NCBI GenBank assembly: GCA_964530325.1
Contig: CAZHAX010000002.1
Span: forward strand, 6,400-70,399
From: an uncultured Anaerolineales bacterium
GTDB taxonomy: Bacteria > Chloroflexota > Anaerolineae > B4-G1
DNA length: 64,000 nucleotides
Direction: 5' to 3'
A model generated the notes under the pieces. It saw nothing but the letters and a program-made list of their open reading frames with translations, made no database searches and was not told the DNA's origin. The translations under genes and the position numbers were made by a program. Below are positions 28,524 through 38,176 of this stretch, piece by piece (position 1 is the stretch's first letter; every line of letters starts with the position of its first letter).

Positions 28524-29417
28524 CTAGGGCGCGAGGCGTTCCATCCAGGGCAGCACGTACATGACCACGCCTACGCTCACACCCCAGAGCAAGATCGTCA
28601 CCTGAAGTGGACGATCTGAGAGGATGATCTCCTCGGGGGCGCCGCCGATGCCTTTCACGTGTAGGAGGTACAGGTAGCGGAAGATGCCATAGAAGACGAA
28701 CGGTATAGTCAGCATCATCAGATTGCCTGCCGGCAGGTTGTCCGCCGAGAAGGTGTAGAGGGCGTAGGCAAGAAGCATGGAGGCCGTGACGATGCTAATC
28801 GCATGGTCGAGCAGGGGCAGGTTGTATTCCTGCAGGCTCTCCCGGTGCGCGTTGGCGTTGTCCTTCAACAGCGTCAGCTCATGGCGCCTCTTGCCGAAGC
28901 CGACCAGCAGCGCTCCCAGCATCATGCAGATATAGAGCCAGGGTGAGAAACGCTCGGCATCGGCCAGGGGCACACCAGCCGCCACGCGAAGCAGAAAGCC
29001 GGCGGCGACAACCATCACGTCGATGATCACCAGGTTCTTCAGCCAGAATGAGTAGGCGACCTGGAGCAGGAGATAGATGGCCAGGACGATGCCGAAGCCT
29101 GTGTTCAGCAGGAAGGCCAGAACCAGGCAGATGACGCCTATGGCGATGGCGGCCGCTCTGGCCGTGCCCACGCCGAGCTCTCCGCTCGCCAGCGGACGGT
29201 TCCGCTTACGGGGGTGCTGGCGGTCCTTCTCGATATCCGCCAGGTCGTTGATCAGATAGACACAGCCTGACCCCAGACACATCAGTACGAACCCGCCCGT
29301 CGTCTGCAGCAGGTGGGGCAAGCTGGTCAGCTTTAGGTCGAACACGAGTGCGGCGTAGACGAAGATGTTCTTCAGCCACTGCTTGGGTCGCATGGACTTC
29401 AGAAGAGAGAGGATCAT
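28524..29417 (-). CDS. UbiA-family prenyltransferase (decaprenyl-phosphate phosphoribosyltransferase-like)
   Basis: MRPKQWLKN, YLINDLAD..DRQHP.KRNRPLASG, LKNLVIIDV, FGKRRHE, PFVFYGIFRY. Confidence 0.88.
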   Translation of the reverse strand: MILSLLKSMRPKQWLKNIFVYAALVFDLKLTSLPHLLQTTGGFVLMCLGSGCVYLINDLADIEKDRQHPRKRNRPLASGELGVGTARAAAIAIGVICLVLAFLLNTGFGIVLAIYLLLQVAYSFWLKNLVIIDVMVVAAGFLLRVAAGVPLADAERFSPWLYICMMLGALLVGFGKRRHELTLLKDNANAHRESLQEYNLPLLDHAISIVTASMLLAYALYTFSADNLPAGNLMMLTIPFVFYGIFRYLYLLHVKGIGGAPEEIILSDRPLQVTILLWGVSVGVVMYVLPWMERLAP

Positions 29418-29612
29418 TGCGCTGCCCTCCGGGCCGCCTTGAGAGTGGTGCCGATCATACCAGAGATGGCCGCTTTGGGCAAGCGTGTGAAGCAGGGTTC
29501 GGGGGAGCGCGGTCCGATCTTCGATGCGGGATACCGCATCGGCACGTTCCCGAGACGAGACAGGCAGCGCCCCGTCGACATCCAGGCGACCGGGGGCTGA
29601 TGCTGCCGGGTC

Positions 29613-29641
29613 TTGTTCTCGCGCCGCTTTTCTAGTATCCT
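29613..29641 (+). promoter_or_regulatory. tlyA promoter, probably leaderless
   Basis: TTGTTC-17-TATCCT, 8 nt before ATG 29650. Confidence 0.5.
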
Positions 29642-29649
29642 AGGGTGGG

Positions 29650-30450
29650 ATGGCGAAGAAGTCCGGCAAGGAACGTCTGGACATGCTTGTCGTTGACCTT
29701 GGGCTTGCCGAGAGCCGCTCGCAGGCCCAGGCGCTGATACGGGCAGGCCTGGTGCGCGTGGATGGGCAGATCGCGGACAAGCCCGGTTCTCGAGTCGCCG
29801 GCTCTGCCGAGATCGCCTTGGAGCACCCCCCTCCCTTCGTCAGCCGCGGCGGAGAGAAGCTGGAGGCGGCGCTGCAGCGGTTCGCCGTAGATGTTGAAGG
29901 ACTGATTGCAGCCGACGTGGGAGCATCGACGGGCGGTTTCACCGATTGTCTGCTCCAACGAGGAGCGCTGTGTGTATATGCGATCGACGTAGGGTACGGC
30001 CAGCTCGATTGGCGCCTGCGGAATGACCCCCGCGTCGTCGTCATGGAGCGGACGAACGCCCGCCTCCTGGAGAGCCTGGCCGAGCCTGTCGACCTGGCCG
30101 TCGCCGACGTCGTGTTCATATCACTGCGGCTCATCCTGCCAACCGCCGTCCGGTGGCTGAAGCCTGAGGGCCAGGTGATCACGCTGATCAAGCCGCAGTT
30201 CGAGGCCGGGCGGGCTCGCGTAAGTAGAGGGGGAGTCGTTCGGGACCCCGGGGTATGGCGCAGCGTGCTGGAGCGAGTTCTGGGGACGGCTGCGGAACTG
30301 GGACTGGGGCTGCGCGGGCTTATGCGGTCGCCACTACTCGGGCCGAAAGGCAACGTGGAGTACCTTTCCTGGTGGACATTGGGGGCGGAGGCGCTCGATT
30401 CGGCGGAGGCGATCGATGCCTGTCTTGCGGAGGGCACTGGCGATGAGTGA
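29650..30450 (+). CDS. tlyA: TlyA-family rRNA 2'-O-methyltransferase
   Basis: S4 domain ERLD.L.V..GLAESRSQA, FVSRGGEKL, DVGASTGGFTDCLLQRGA, DVGYGQL, DVVFISL, LIKPQFE, GNVEYL. Confidence 0.95.
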   Translation: MAKKSGKERLDMLVVDLGLAESRSQAQALIRAGLVRVDGQIADKPGSRVAGSAEIALEHPPPFVSRGGEKLEAALQRFAVDVEGLIAADVGASTGGFTDCLLQRGALCVYAIDVGYGQLDWRLRNDPRVVVMERTNARLLESLAEPVDLAVADVVFISLRLILPTAVRWLKPEGQVITLIKPQFEAGRARVSRGGVVRDPGVWRSVLERVLGTAAELGLGLRGLMRSPLLGPKGNVEYLSWWTLGAEALDSAEAIDACLAEGTGDE

Positions 30451-31687
30451 GGGCAAGGCGCAGGCGGACCGGCTGGGGAGAATGCTCGAGATAAGCCGCG
30501 ATCTTGCTTCCACGGTGCATCTGGAGCCTTTGCTCCACAAGATCGTCGGCGCGGCCGCCGAGCTGACCGAAAGCGAGGTCGCCTCTCTTCTGCTGTTGGA
30601 CGAGAGGAGCGGCGAACTGCGCTTCCGGGTGGCGACTGGGGACGAGAGAGGCCGGCTGCGCGACATCCCCGTTCCGGTCGATGGCAGCATCGCTGGATGC
30701 GTGCTCCTTTCAGGGGAGCCAGCAATCGTATCGGACGTGCAGACGGACGAGCGGCACTACGACCTGGTCGGGCAGCACGTGGGATTCGAGACCCGTTCCC
30801 TCCTGGCAGTCCGGCTCAGCCTTCAGGAGCGGCACATCGGCGTGCTCGAGGCGATCAACAAGCGAGAAGGAGAGCGATTCGACGAAGAAGATGTGGAGAC
30901 GTTGGCGACGCTCGCCTCTCAAGCGGCGGTGGCGATCGAGAATGTCAGGCTGGTAGGGGCGCTCCGGGAAGCGTACGACGAGCTGGGCAAGCTGGACCAG
31001 CTGAAGTCCGATTTCATCTCCGTCGCCTCGCACGAGCTGCGCACTCCGCTGAGCCTCATACTGCTCTACGCTGGTATGCTTCAGGAGAGGGTCGACGAGT
31101 CTGCCGAGCCGCAGGTCAACGCTGTCCTTCGGGCCGCGATGCGGCTGAAGCAGATCATCGAGACGATGCTCAATCTGCGCTATCTGGAGACCGGCGAGAT
31201 GGAGTTGCTTCCGGCCCGCATCGACCTGCGCAAGCTGCTCCAGGAGGCCTGCCGGGACTACAGTGACCTGGCCCACGCCAAGGCGCTGGTGATGGAAACC
31301 AGCCTGCCGGATCACGACGTTCAGATCGTGGCGGACAAACAGAAGCTGCGGGTGGTGCTCGATAACCTCATCTCGAACGCGGTTAAGTTCACTCCACAGG
31401 GCGGCCGCGTTCGGCTGAGCCTGCGTACGTCCGAGCAGGAGGTCGAGATCGAGGTGGCGGATACAGGGATCGGTATCCCAACAGAGGAGTTGGAGCGGGT
31501 ATTCGATCGCTTCTACCAGGTGGAAGACCACATGACACGGCGGCACGGCGGCATGGGCCTGGGGCTATCGGTGGTCAAGGGGCTGGTCGAGCTGCACGGC
31601 GGCCGCGTGTGGGGGGAGAGCGACCCCGAGCGCGGCAGCCGCTTCATCGTCGTCCTGCCCTGCGAAATGGCTGCTTCTGATCAGTAG
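30443..31687 (+). CDS. GAF-domain sensor histidine kinase (414 aa)
   Basis: GAF (GSIAG...IGVLEAINK), SHELRTPL, NLISNAVKFT, DTGIGI, GGMGLGL. Confidence 0.9.
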   Translation: MSEGKAQADRLGRMLEISRDLASTVHLEPLLHKIVGAAAELTESEVASLLLLDERSGELRFRVATGDERGRLRDIPVPVDGSIAGCVLLSGEPAIVSDVQTDERHYDLVGQHVGFETRSLLAVRLSLQERHIGVLEAINKREGERFDEEDVETLATLASQAAVAIENVRLVGALREAYDELGKLDQLKSDFISVASHELRTPLSLILLYAGMLQERVDESAEPQVNAVLRAAMRLKQIIETMLNLRYLETGEMELLPARIDLRKLLQEACRDYSDLAHAKALVMETSLPDHDVQIVADKQKLRVVLDNLISNAVKFTPQGGRVRLSLRTSEQEVEIEVADTGIGIPTEELERVFDRFYQVEDHMTRRHGGMGLGLSVVKGLVELHGGRVWGESDPERGSRFIVVLPCEMAASDQ

Positions 31688-31708
31688 CAGACAACGCCCC
31701 AGCGAGCT

Positions 31709-31737
31709 TTGCCCGAAGCAGAGGGCCGATGTATAAT
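31709..31737 (+). promoter_or_regulatory. Sigma70-type promoter of the sugar ABC permease operon
   Basis: TTGCCC-17-TATAAT. Confidence 0.65.
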
Positions 31738-31792
31738 GCGGCCCATCGTCTGGCAGGGGCGCAGGAGTTCTTGTGAGAGCTGGAAGCCGACA

Positions 31793-32728
31793 GTGAGTTC
31801 GCGTCTATCCACTTCGAGAGTGCAAAAACCGGGCCGGCGGCGCCGAACCGGCCTCTCCCGTTGGGAAGGGCGCGTCGGGCTGCTCTTGATCACGCCTTGG
31901 CTCGTCGGCTTCCTTCTGTTCAAGCTGCTGCCCATCCTCGCCTCACTGGCGATCTCGTTCACCGACTTCGAGATGATGCACCCGGACGAGATCCAGTTCA
32001 TCGGGCTGCGCAACTACTTTGGTATTCTGCGTGACGGGGATGCGGGCTTCAGCCTCTTCGCCACAACCGGCTTTGCGATCATCACTGTGCCGCTCCAGAT
32101 CGCCGTGTCGCTCGGGATGGCCCTGCTTCTCAACAGCAAGAGGGTCATCGGGAAACGGCTATACCGGGCGCTCATCTTCCTGCCCAGCGTTGTGCCGGGC
32201 GCGGTGATCCTCTACATCTGGTACGGTTTCCTCGACCCGACGACGGGCTGGCTCAACCGCCTGGTGGCTGAACCGCTGGGTTTGCCGCGTTTCTCGGGCC
32301 TTGGCGCCGGTGGCTTCGACATGTACCAGATCATGATCGCCCTGTGGAGCATTGGGCCTGGGTTCCTCATCATGCTCGGCGCGCTCAAGGGGGTGCCGGA
32401 AGAGCTGTACGAGGCGGGCCGCGTCGATGGGGCCGGGCCGGTGATGCGCCTCTTCAACATCACCTTGCCCGTCATCTCACCGGCGATCCTGTTCAGCGTG
32501 GTCATCAACCTCATGGCCGTTTTCGGAGGCATGCAGCTGCTGGATAGAGGGACGAGCTTCGTCGGCCAGTCGCCGTTTGACAACTACATCTACAACGTCA
32601 TGTTCCAGGCCGACCAGCTTGGCTATGCTGCCAGCCTCGGTTGGGTGATGCTGATCCTGATGCTGGCAACAACTGTGGCCATCTTTGCCACTGCGCGCTA
32701 CTGGGTCTATTACCCGGAGGAAGGGTAG
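31793..32728 (+). CDS. Carbohydrate ABC transporter permease (MalF/UgpA-like)
   Basis: PW..GF..F...P....ISFTD, GLRNY, EAA loop VPEELYEAGRVDGAG, ITLPVISP; GTG start inferred downstream of the promoter. Confidence 0.88.
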   Translation: MSSRLSTSRVQKPGRRRRTGLSRWEGRVGLLLITPWLVGFLLFKLLPILASLAISFTDFEMMHPDEIQFIGLRNYFGILRDGDAGFSLFATTGFAIITVPLQIAVSLGMALLLNSKRVIGKRLYRALIFLPSVVPGAVILYIWYGFLDPTTGWLNRLVAEPLGLPRFSGLGAGGFDMYQIMIALWSIGPGFLIMLGALKGVPEELYEAGRVDGAGPVMRLFNITLPVISPAILFSVVINLMAVFGGMQLLDRGTSFVGQSPFDNYIYNVMFQADQLGYAASLGWVMLILMLATTVAIFATARYWVYYPEEG

Positions 32729-32730
32729 CC

Positions 32731-33810
32731 GTGAAGCAGGCTGCACATCGTCACTGGCGCAACCGCCCCGCCTTTCGAGCCCTGGTCCGGGTCTGGGATG
32801 CCATCGGTACGGGTCTCGCAAACCTGCTGGCCGCTCTGGTCGTCCTGCTCTACCTTTTTCCCTTCAGCTACATGCTCTTTACTTCCCTCAAGGAAGCAGA
32901 TCAGCTTACGGATTCGAATGCCCCCATCTGGCCTGCCCGGATGGTGACCTTCAATTACGAGGGCGAGGATTACCCGCTCTACCAGGTGCCCACCGAAGAG
33001 GGTGTGCGGGAATTGGCGCTGTTCAATCCCCGGCGCGAGGACAGCGACTTCATCGATCCAGCCAACAGCGGTGCCGGCTTGATCACCTGGGAGGGGCGCT
33101 GGCGGCAGCTCGACCCGTTGTATGAGCCGTACCTGGCCTTCGAGAACTACGCGGCGCTGTGGGAGTCCGTTGACTTCCCGCGCTACATGGGCAACACTCT
33201 CTTCGTAGCCCTGGTGGGGGGCATCGGGGTCCTGATCTCTTCCATTCTGGTGGCCTATGGCTTCGCCCGCTTCCCCATACCCGCCGGTGGCATACTGTTC
33301 ATGGTGCTCCTGGGGACGGTCCTCATCCCGGAGAGGGTGACGCTCGTTCCGACCTACTTCATGTTCGTTCGCGTGCTGCGGTGGAATGGCACCCATCTGC
33401 CGTTGATAGTGCCCCAGTTCTTCGGCAACGCGATCCTGATCTTCCTGCTGCGCCAGAACTTCAAGAGCATCTCCCGGGAGATTGACGAGGCGGCGAAGCT
33501 CGACGGCGCCGGTCCGCTGCGCACGCTCGTCTACGTGATCCTACCCCAGGCCGTGCCGGCGATCGTCACCGTGGCCCTGCTCCATTTCTTCTACGCCTGG
33601 AACGAGATCAGGACGGCCTCGCTTTACCTGGGCATCAACCCGGATGGCTACACCATGGCCTTCGGCGTGCAGCGTTTCCAGAGCTACTTCCCGTCCGGCA
33701 ACATGCTGCAAGCGAGTGCCCTCATTGCCATGGCGGTGCCGGCCATCGTGCTGTTCCTGGTACAGCGCGTGTTCATGGAGGACGTGCTCGTGACCGGGAT
33801 GGAGAAGTAG
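32731..33810 (+). CDS. Carbohydrate ABC transporter permease (MalG/UgpE-like) with extracellular insertion
   Basis: FENY, AYGFARF, EIDEAAKLDGAG, FFYAWNE. Confidence 0.88.
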   Translation: MKQAAHRHWRNRPAFRALVRVWDAIGTGLANLLAALVVLLYLFPFSYMLFTSLKEADQLTDSNAPIWPARMVTFNYEGEDYPLYQVPTEEGVRELALFNPRREDSDFIDPANSGAGLITWEGRWRQLDPLYEPYLAFENYAALWESVDFPRYMGNTLFVALVGGIGVLISSILVAYGFARFPIPAGGILFMVLLGTVLIPERVTLVPTYFMFVRVLRWNGTHLPLIVPQFFGNAILIFLLRQNFKSISREIDEAAKLDGAGPLRTLVYVILPQAVPAIVTVALLHFFYAWNEIRTASLYLGINPDGYTMAFGVQRFQSYFPSGNMLQASALIAMAVPAIVLFLVQRVFMEDVLVTGMEK

Positions 33811-33863
33811 CCTGGCTGTGTCGGCTCTGGTCGTACCCGTTGCCAGGCAACCGTGAGGTGAGG

Positions 33864-35105
33864 ATGAGACCGCCCTTCCGTACCGTCGTACTGATCTGGC
33901 TGGCCTGGGCTCTGGTCCTGATCGGCTACCAGGCCGTTGTCGCCGTGCGGGTGGAGCTGGTGCGCCCGGACCGGGTGCTTCCTTGGACGGACACGGAAAC
34001 GACGGCGACCGCCCAAGACGACCAGCCGTACCTGCTCGACCCCTTCCTCAACCACCAGGTGTCCTGGGATTCGGAGTTCTACCTCTCGATCGCCGGGGTG
34101 GGCTACGACGATCCGCTCGTGCGCGCTACTAGCGAGGATGAGAACGGCGTATCGCTGAACTACGCTTTCATGCCTTTCTATCCCCACGTCATCCGTTTCA
34201 TCGCCCTTCCCCTCAGCCTGCTGGACCTGACCCCGATCGCCACCGGCACGTTGGCCGGGGTCATCGTTTCTGCACTGGGTACCCTGGCAGGAATGCTGGC
34301 CTTGTTCGATCTGGCGCGCGATGAGCTGGGGGATGCCGGCGGTGTCAGAGCTGCCTTCTACCTGCTCATCTTTCCCGGCGGCTTCTTCCTGCTGCAGGTC
34401 TACACGGAAGGGCTGTTCGTCGGGCTCGCATTCTCCTCCCTGGCGCTGATCCGCCGCCGCCGCATGTTCTGGGCTTCCCTCCTGGCCGTCTTTGCCACAT
34501 GGACGAAGGCGGCGGGAATCGCCTTGGCCATCCCGCTGGCCTTGGCCTGGATCGAAGAAGGGAGCTGGACCGCTCTGGACCTGGAATGGAAGCAGCTGAT
34601 GCTCCAGAAGTTCCCCTGGAGGGCGGCCCGGAAGCTGCTGCTCGTCCTGGCCCCTGCAATTGCCTTCTTCGTGTGGAGGCTCTCCTACTGGGGCTTCGCC
34701 TTCGGCAGCGTGGAGACCGCCGTCTTCGGGCGAGGGCTGTTCTCACTGACCCTGTCCGCAGCCACCTGGTCGGGCGCCTTTCGGTCGCTGTTCGGCGACA
34801 ACGCACAGGCTGCGGCATACTACCTTGTGGAGTTCGTCGCCATAGTGCTGGGTCTCGTGGCCTGCCTTGCCACGCTGCGACGATTCCCCGGGCCGAGTCT
34901 GTTTGGCCTGGCGGTGATCTTCCTTTCGCTCACCAGCGGGCCGGCCCAGGGCATGCACCGGTACGTCCTTGCGGCCCCATCCGTCTTTCTGTTCCTGGGC
35001 CGCCTGGGCAAGAATCCGGCCTTCGACAGAGCGTGGACCGCGGCCAGCATCATGTTCATGGGGCTGTTCGCGACGATGTTCACGTTCGATATGTGGGCGG
35101 GTTGA
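33864..35105 (+). CDS. GT-C fold glycosyltransferase (PIG-V/mannosyltransferase-like)
   Basis: WDSEFYLSIA..GY, AFMPFYP, YTEGLF, many TM helices, RYVL. Confidence 0.78.
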   Translation: MRPPFRTVVLIWLAWALVLIGYQAVVAVRVELVRPDRVLPWTDTETTATAQDDQPYLLDPFLNHQVSWDSEFYLSIAGVGYDDPLVRATSEDENGVSLNYAFMPFYPHVIRFIALPLSLLDLTPIATGTLAGVIVSALGTLAGMLALFDLARDELGDAGGVRAAFYLLIFPGGFFLLQVYTEGLFVGLAFSSLALIRRRRMFWASLLAVFATWTKAAGIALAIPLALAWIEEGSWTALDLEWKQLMLQKFPWRAARKLLLVLAPAIAFFVWRLSYWGFAFGSVETAVFGRGLFSLTLSAATWSGAFRSLFGDNAQAAAYYLVEFVAIVLGLVACLATLRRFPGPSLFGLAVIFLSLTSGPAQGMHRYVLAAPSVFLFLGRLGKNPAFDRAWTAASIMFMGLFATMFTFDMWAG

Positions 35106-35285
35106 GGAGGATAGCTTTCGAACGGCTGTCAGGCGTACCGCTTGGCGAGCGGGCAAGGACCCGGTGCTAGGCCGGGACGACGCTTTCTCTCTGAGCCTGA
35201 CTGCTCCGCAACCAATACGTCACCGCCGTGTACTAGCCCATATAGGCGTCTCTGAGGGCGCATCCATCGATTAGGGGGGAGATCA

Positions 35286-36215
35286 ATGACAAGCTTGAGG
35301 AAGTACGGAGTCGGTTTGGTAGCCGCGGCGGCGCTCGGTTCCTTGCTCTTGACCTCGTGTGCGCCCACAGCGGTTCAGCTGGCGCTCAAGGTGCAGGAGG
35401 GCGATGTCTACAGGGTGCGGATGATATCCCAATCGGTAACCCTGTCGTCCAGCGACGCGGGGGATAGCACATCCTACGATACGAGCGGGTTCGACATGAC
35501 CTTCACCGTTGCCGAGGTCGACGAGGATGGCAATATCTGGCTCGACATCGTATATGACTGGGCCACGACGGGCACGACGGCCGGAACAGGCGACGTGGAT
35601 GCGCCGGACGAGCCTGACCCCGGCGAGGAGGGTGTCGCGGAGCTGGAGGGCAGAGGATACTCGGCTAAGGTTGCTCCGAACGGCGAGGTGCTGGAGATCG
35701 CGGGCGACAACGATCTGCTCAACGAAGTCCTGGACGAGCTGGGGCTCAGTGATGAGGAGATCCTGCTCGGATTCGGACAGATGATCGAGAACATCATCGG
35801 CGACGATGGCCTGAAGGTTCAGGTGAGCAACGTTATCCCCGAGTATCCGGAGGGCGAGGTGGAAGTCGGAGATAGCTGGACGGTCACCAGCGAACTGCCC
35901 GGAACGCTGGCGATGATCGTGGAGACCACGTACACTCTCCGCGCGCTGGAGGACGGAGTGGCGACGATCGATGTGGCCTCTACGGTCAATACGGACCCGG
36001 ATGCCTATCCGCTCGACCTGACGCTGTACGAGATCACGTATGACCTCTCGGGATCGGGTGAAGGTCTCCTGCAGGTAGATGTGGATACCGGCTGGACGAG
36101 CAGCGCCACTATCACCTCCACGCTGTCCGGCGAGTCGCTCATCGTGATGGGCGACATGGAGTTGACCGTGCCGATGTCGGTGGAGGGCGTGACCACACTG
36201 GAGATGCTCGACTAG
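35286..36215 (+). CDS. Acidic lipoprotein, DUF6263-like
   Basis: RBS GGGGAG, lipobox LTSC, LKVQEGDVY, YPEGEVEVGDSW, VDVDTGW beta-rich pattern. Confidence 0.6.
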   Translation: MTSLRKYGVGLVAAAALGSLLLTSCAPTAVQLALKVQEGDVYRVRMISQSVTLSSSDAGDSTSYDTSGFDMTFTVAEVDEDGNIWLDIVYDWATTGTTAGTGDVDAPDEPDPGEEGVAELEGRGYSAKVAPNGEVLEIAGDNDLLNEVLDELGLSDEEILLGFGQMIENIIGDDGLKVQVSNVIPEYPEGEVEVGDSWTVTSELPGTLAMIVETTYTLRALEDGVATIDVASTVNTDPDAYPLDLTLYEITYDLSGSGEGLLQVDVDTGWTSSATITSTLSGESLIVMGDMELTVPMSVEGVTTLEMLD

Positions 36216-36309
36216 CGGCCTGCTTCTTCTAGCACGCCAACCCCTCCATAGAGGATGGCACCCGGCACCCGAACAGGAAGCCGGGTGCCTCTCTTTCAGC
36301 GGCGCTGTC

Positions 36310-36337
36310 TTGACAACCGCCCCTGCCAGGCTAGAAT
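36310..36337 (+). promoter_or_regulatory. lepA promoter
   Basis: TTGACA-16-TAGAAT. Confidence 0.65.
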
Positions 36338-36359
36338 GGTGCGTGGAAGGGTGGTGGTC

Positions 36360-38168
36360 TTGGATCAATCCCGCATCCGCGATTTCTGTATCATTGCCCA
36401 TATCGATCACGGCAAGTCGACGCTGGCCGACCGGCTGCTCGAGCGGACCGGCACGATAACCGAGCGCGACATGAAGGAGCAGGTGCTCGATTCGATGGAT
36501 CTGGAGCGGGAGAAGGGTGTGACGATCAAGGCTTCGGCCGTCAGAATGTCCTACGAGGCCCCAGGCGGCCAGGAATACGAGCTGAACCTGATCGATACGC
36601 CGGGCCACGTCGACTTCTCCTACGAGGTGAGCCGGGCCCTGGCCGCGTGCGAAGGGGCGCTGCTGGTCGTGGATGCAGCCCAGGGGATAGAGGCCCAGAC
36701 GCTGGCCAACCTATATCTGGCCTTGGACGGCGACATGGAGATCATCCCGGTCGTGAACAAGATAGATCTGGCCATTGCCCGGCCGGACGAGGTGGCGCTG
36801 GAGTTGGCTGACCTGCTGGGGATGCAGCCGGACGACGTGCTGCACGTCTCCGCCAGGGAAGGGCGGGGCGTGGAGGAGCTGCTTGAGGCAGTGGTCGCGC
36901 GCTTGCCATCGCCCCGAGGCGCGGCTGAATCCCCCCTCCGAGCGCTCATCTTCGACTCGCACTACGATCCCTACAAAGGGGTCGTCGCCTACGTGCGGGT
37001 TGTCGACGGCGTGCTGAGGGACGGCGAGGCGCTCCTATTGATGGCGACTGGCTCTGAGACCGAGCCGGTGGAGGTGGGCATCTTCAAGCCGCAGATGAGC
37101 GCCGTCGAGCGGCTGACGGCGGGAGAGGTAGGCTACGTCGCTACCGGGCTGAAGACGATCCGCGAGTGCCAGGTAGGCGATACGATCACCTCCGCCGTGC
37201 AGCCAGCGCCCGAGGCGTTGAGCGGCTATCGTCCGGTCAAGCCGATGGTCTTCGCCGGCCTCTTCCCTATCGAGGGCGAGGACTACAACGCGCTGAGGGA
37301 TGCTCTACAGAAGCTCCAGCTGAACGACGCCGCCCTCGTCTTCGAGCCGGAGAGCTCGCAGGCGCTCCAATTCGGCTTTCGCTGCGGCTTCCTGGGCCTG
37401 TTTCACATGGAGATCGTACAGGAGCGGTTGGAGCGTGAGTACGGTCTGGAGCTGATCGCCACCGCTCCGAGCGTGGCCTATGAGCTGCTTACCCACAGCG
37501 GGGATGAGATCACTATCTCCAGCCCGGCGGATCTGCCCGACCCGGCGACGATCGAGGAGATACGCGAGCCGTGGATGCGCATCCAGGTCTTCACCCCGGC
37601 GGACTATATCGGGTCGGTGATGGAAGTGGTGAAGCGGCGGCGCGGCGAGTACGTTTCCACCGAGTACCTGGACGCCCAGCGGGTGATGATCGCCTATGAC
37701 GTGCCGCTAGCCGAGATGATCGTTGACCTACACGACAGGCTCAAGTCCGTCACCCGGGGTTATGCCTCGATGGACTACACATTCGCCGGCTACCGGGCTG
37801 GCGATCTGGTTCGGATGGACATCCTGGTGAACAAAGAGATACTGGACGCGCTGGCTCTGATCGTCCACCGCGACCAAGCTCAGGAGAAGGGCAAGGCGCT
37901 GGTGCACAAGATGAAGGAAGTGATCCCCCGGCAGATGTTCGCCGTCCCGATTCAGGCGGCTATCGGCGGCAAGATCATCGCCAGGGAGACGGTGAGCGCC
38001 TTGCGCAAGGACGTGCTTTCCAAGTGCTACGGGGGCGACGTCAGCCGCAAGCGAAAGCTGCTGCAGAAGCAGAAGGCGGGCAAGAAGAGGCTCAAGCAGT
38101 TTGGGCAGGTGATGGTTCCTCAGGAGGCGTTCCTGGCGATGCTAAGCCTGGGCGAGGACGAGGGCTGA
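36360..38168 (+). CDS. lepA: Elongation factor 4
   Basis: TTG start; [60 protein letters not shown]. Confidence 0.97.
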   Translation: MDQSRIRDFCIIAHIDHGKSTLADRLLERTGTITERDMKEQVLDSMDLEREKGVTIKASAVRMSYEAPGGQEYELNLIDTPGHVDFSYEVSRALAACEGALLVVDAAQGIEAQTLANLYLALDGDMEIIPVVNKIDLAIARPDEVALELADLLGMQPDDVLHVSAREGRGVEELLEAVVARLPSPRGAAESPLRALIFDSHYDPYKGVVAYVRVVDGVLRDGEALLLMATGSETEPVEVGIFKPQMSAVERLTAGEVGYVATGLKTIRECQVGDTITSAVQPAPEALSGYRPVKPMVFAGLFPIEGEDYNALRDALQKLQLNDAALVFEPESSQALQFGFRCGFLGLFHMEIVQERLEREYGLELIATAPSVAYELLTHSGDEITISSPADLPDPATIEEIREPWMRIQVFTPADYIGSVMEVVKRRRGEYVSTEYLDAQRVMIAYDVPLAEMIVDLHDRLKSVTRGYASMDYTFAGYRAGDLVRMDILVNKEILDALALIVHRDQAQEKGKALVHKMKEVIPRQMFAVPIQAAIGGKIIARETVSALRKDVLSKCYGGDVSRKRKLLQKQKAGKKRLKQFGQVMVPQEAFLAMLSLGEDEG

Positions 38169-38176
38169 GAAGGCCG

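Noticed and set aside
29650-30450. Hemolysin/virulence factor
   Set aside because: The TlyA family is primarily an rRNA methyltransferase; the hemolysin label is a legacy annotation.
35283-36608. Long antisense ORF (441 aa); likewise 60802-62223 (-), 50974-52473 (-), 25306-26877 (+), 15317-16696 (+)
   Set aside because: Shadow frames opposite well-supported genes, expected in high-GC DNA; no motifs or RBS.
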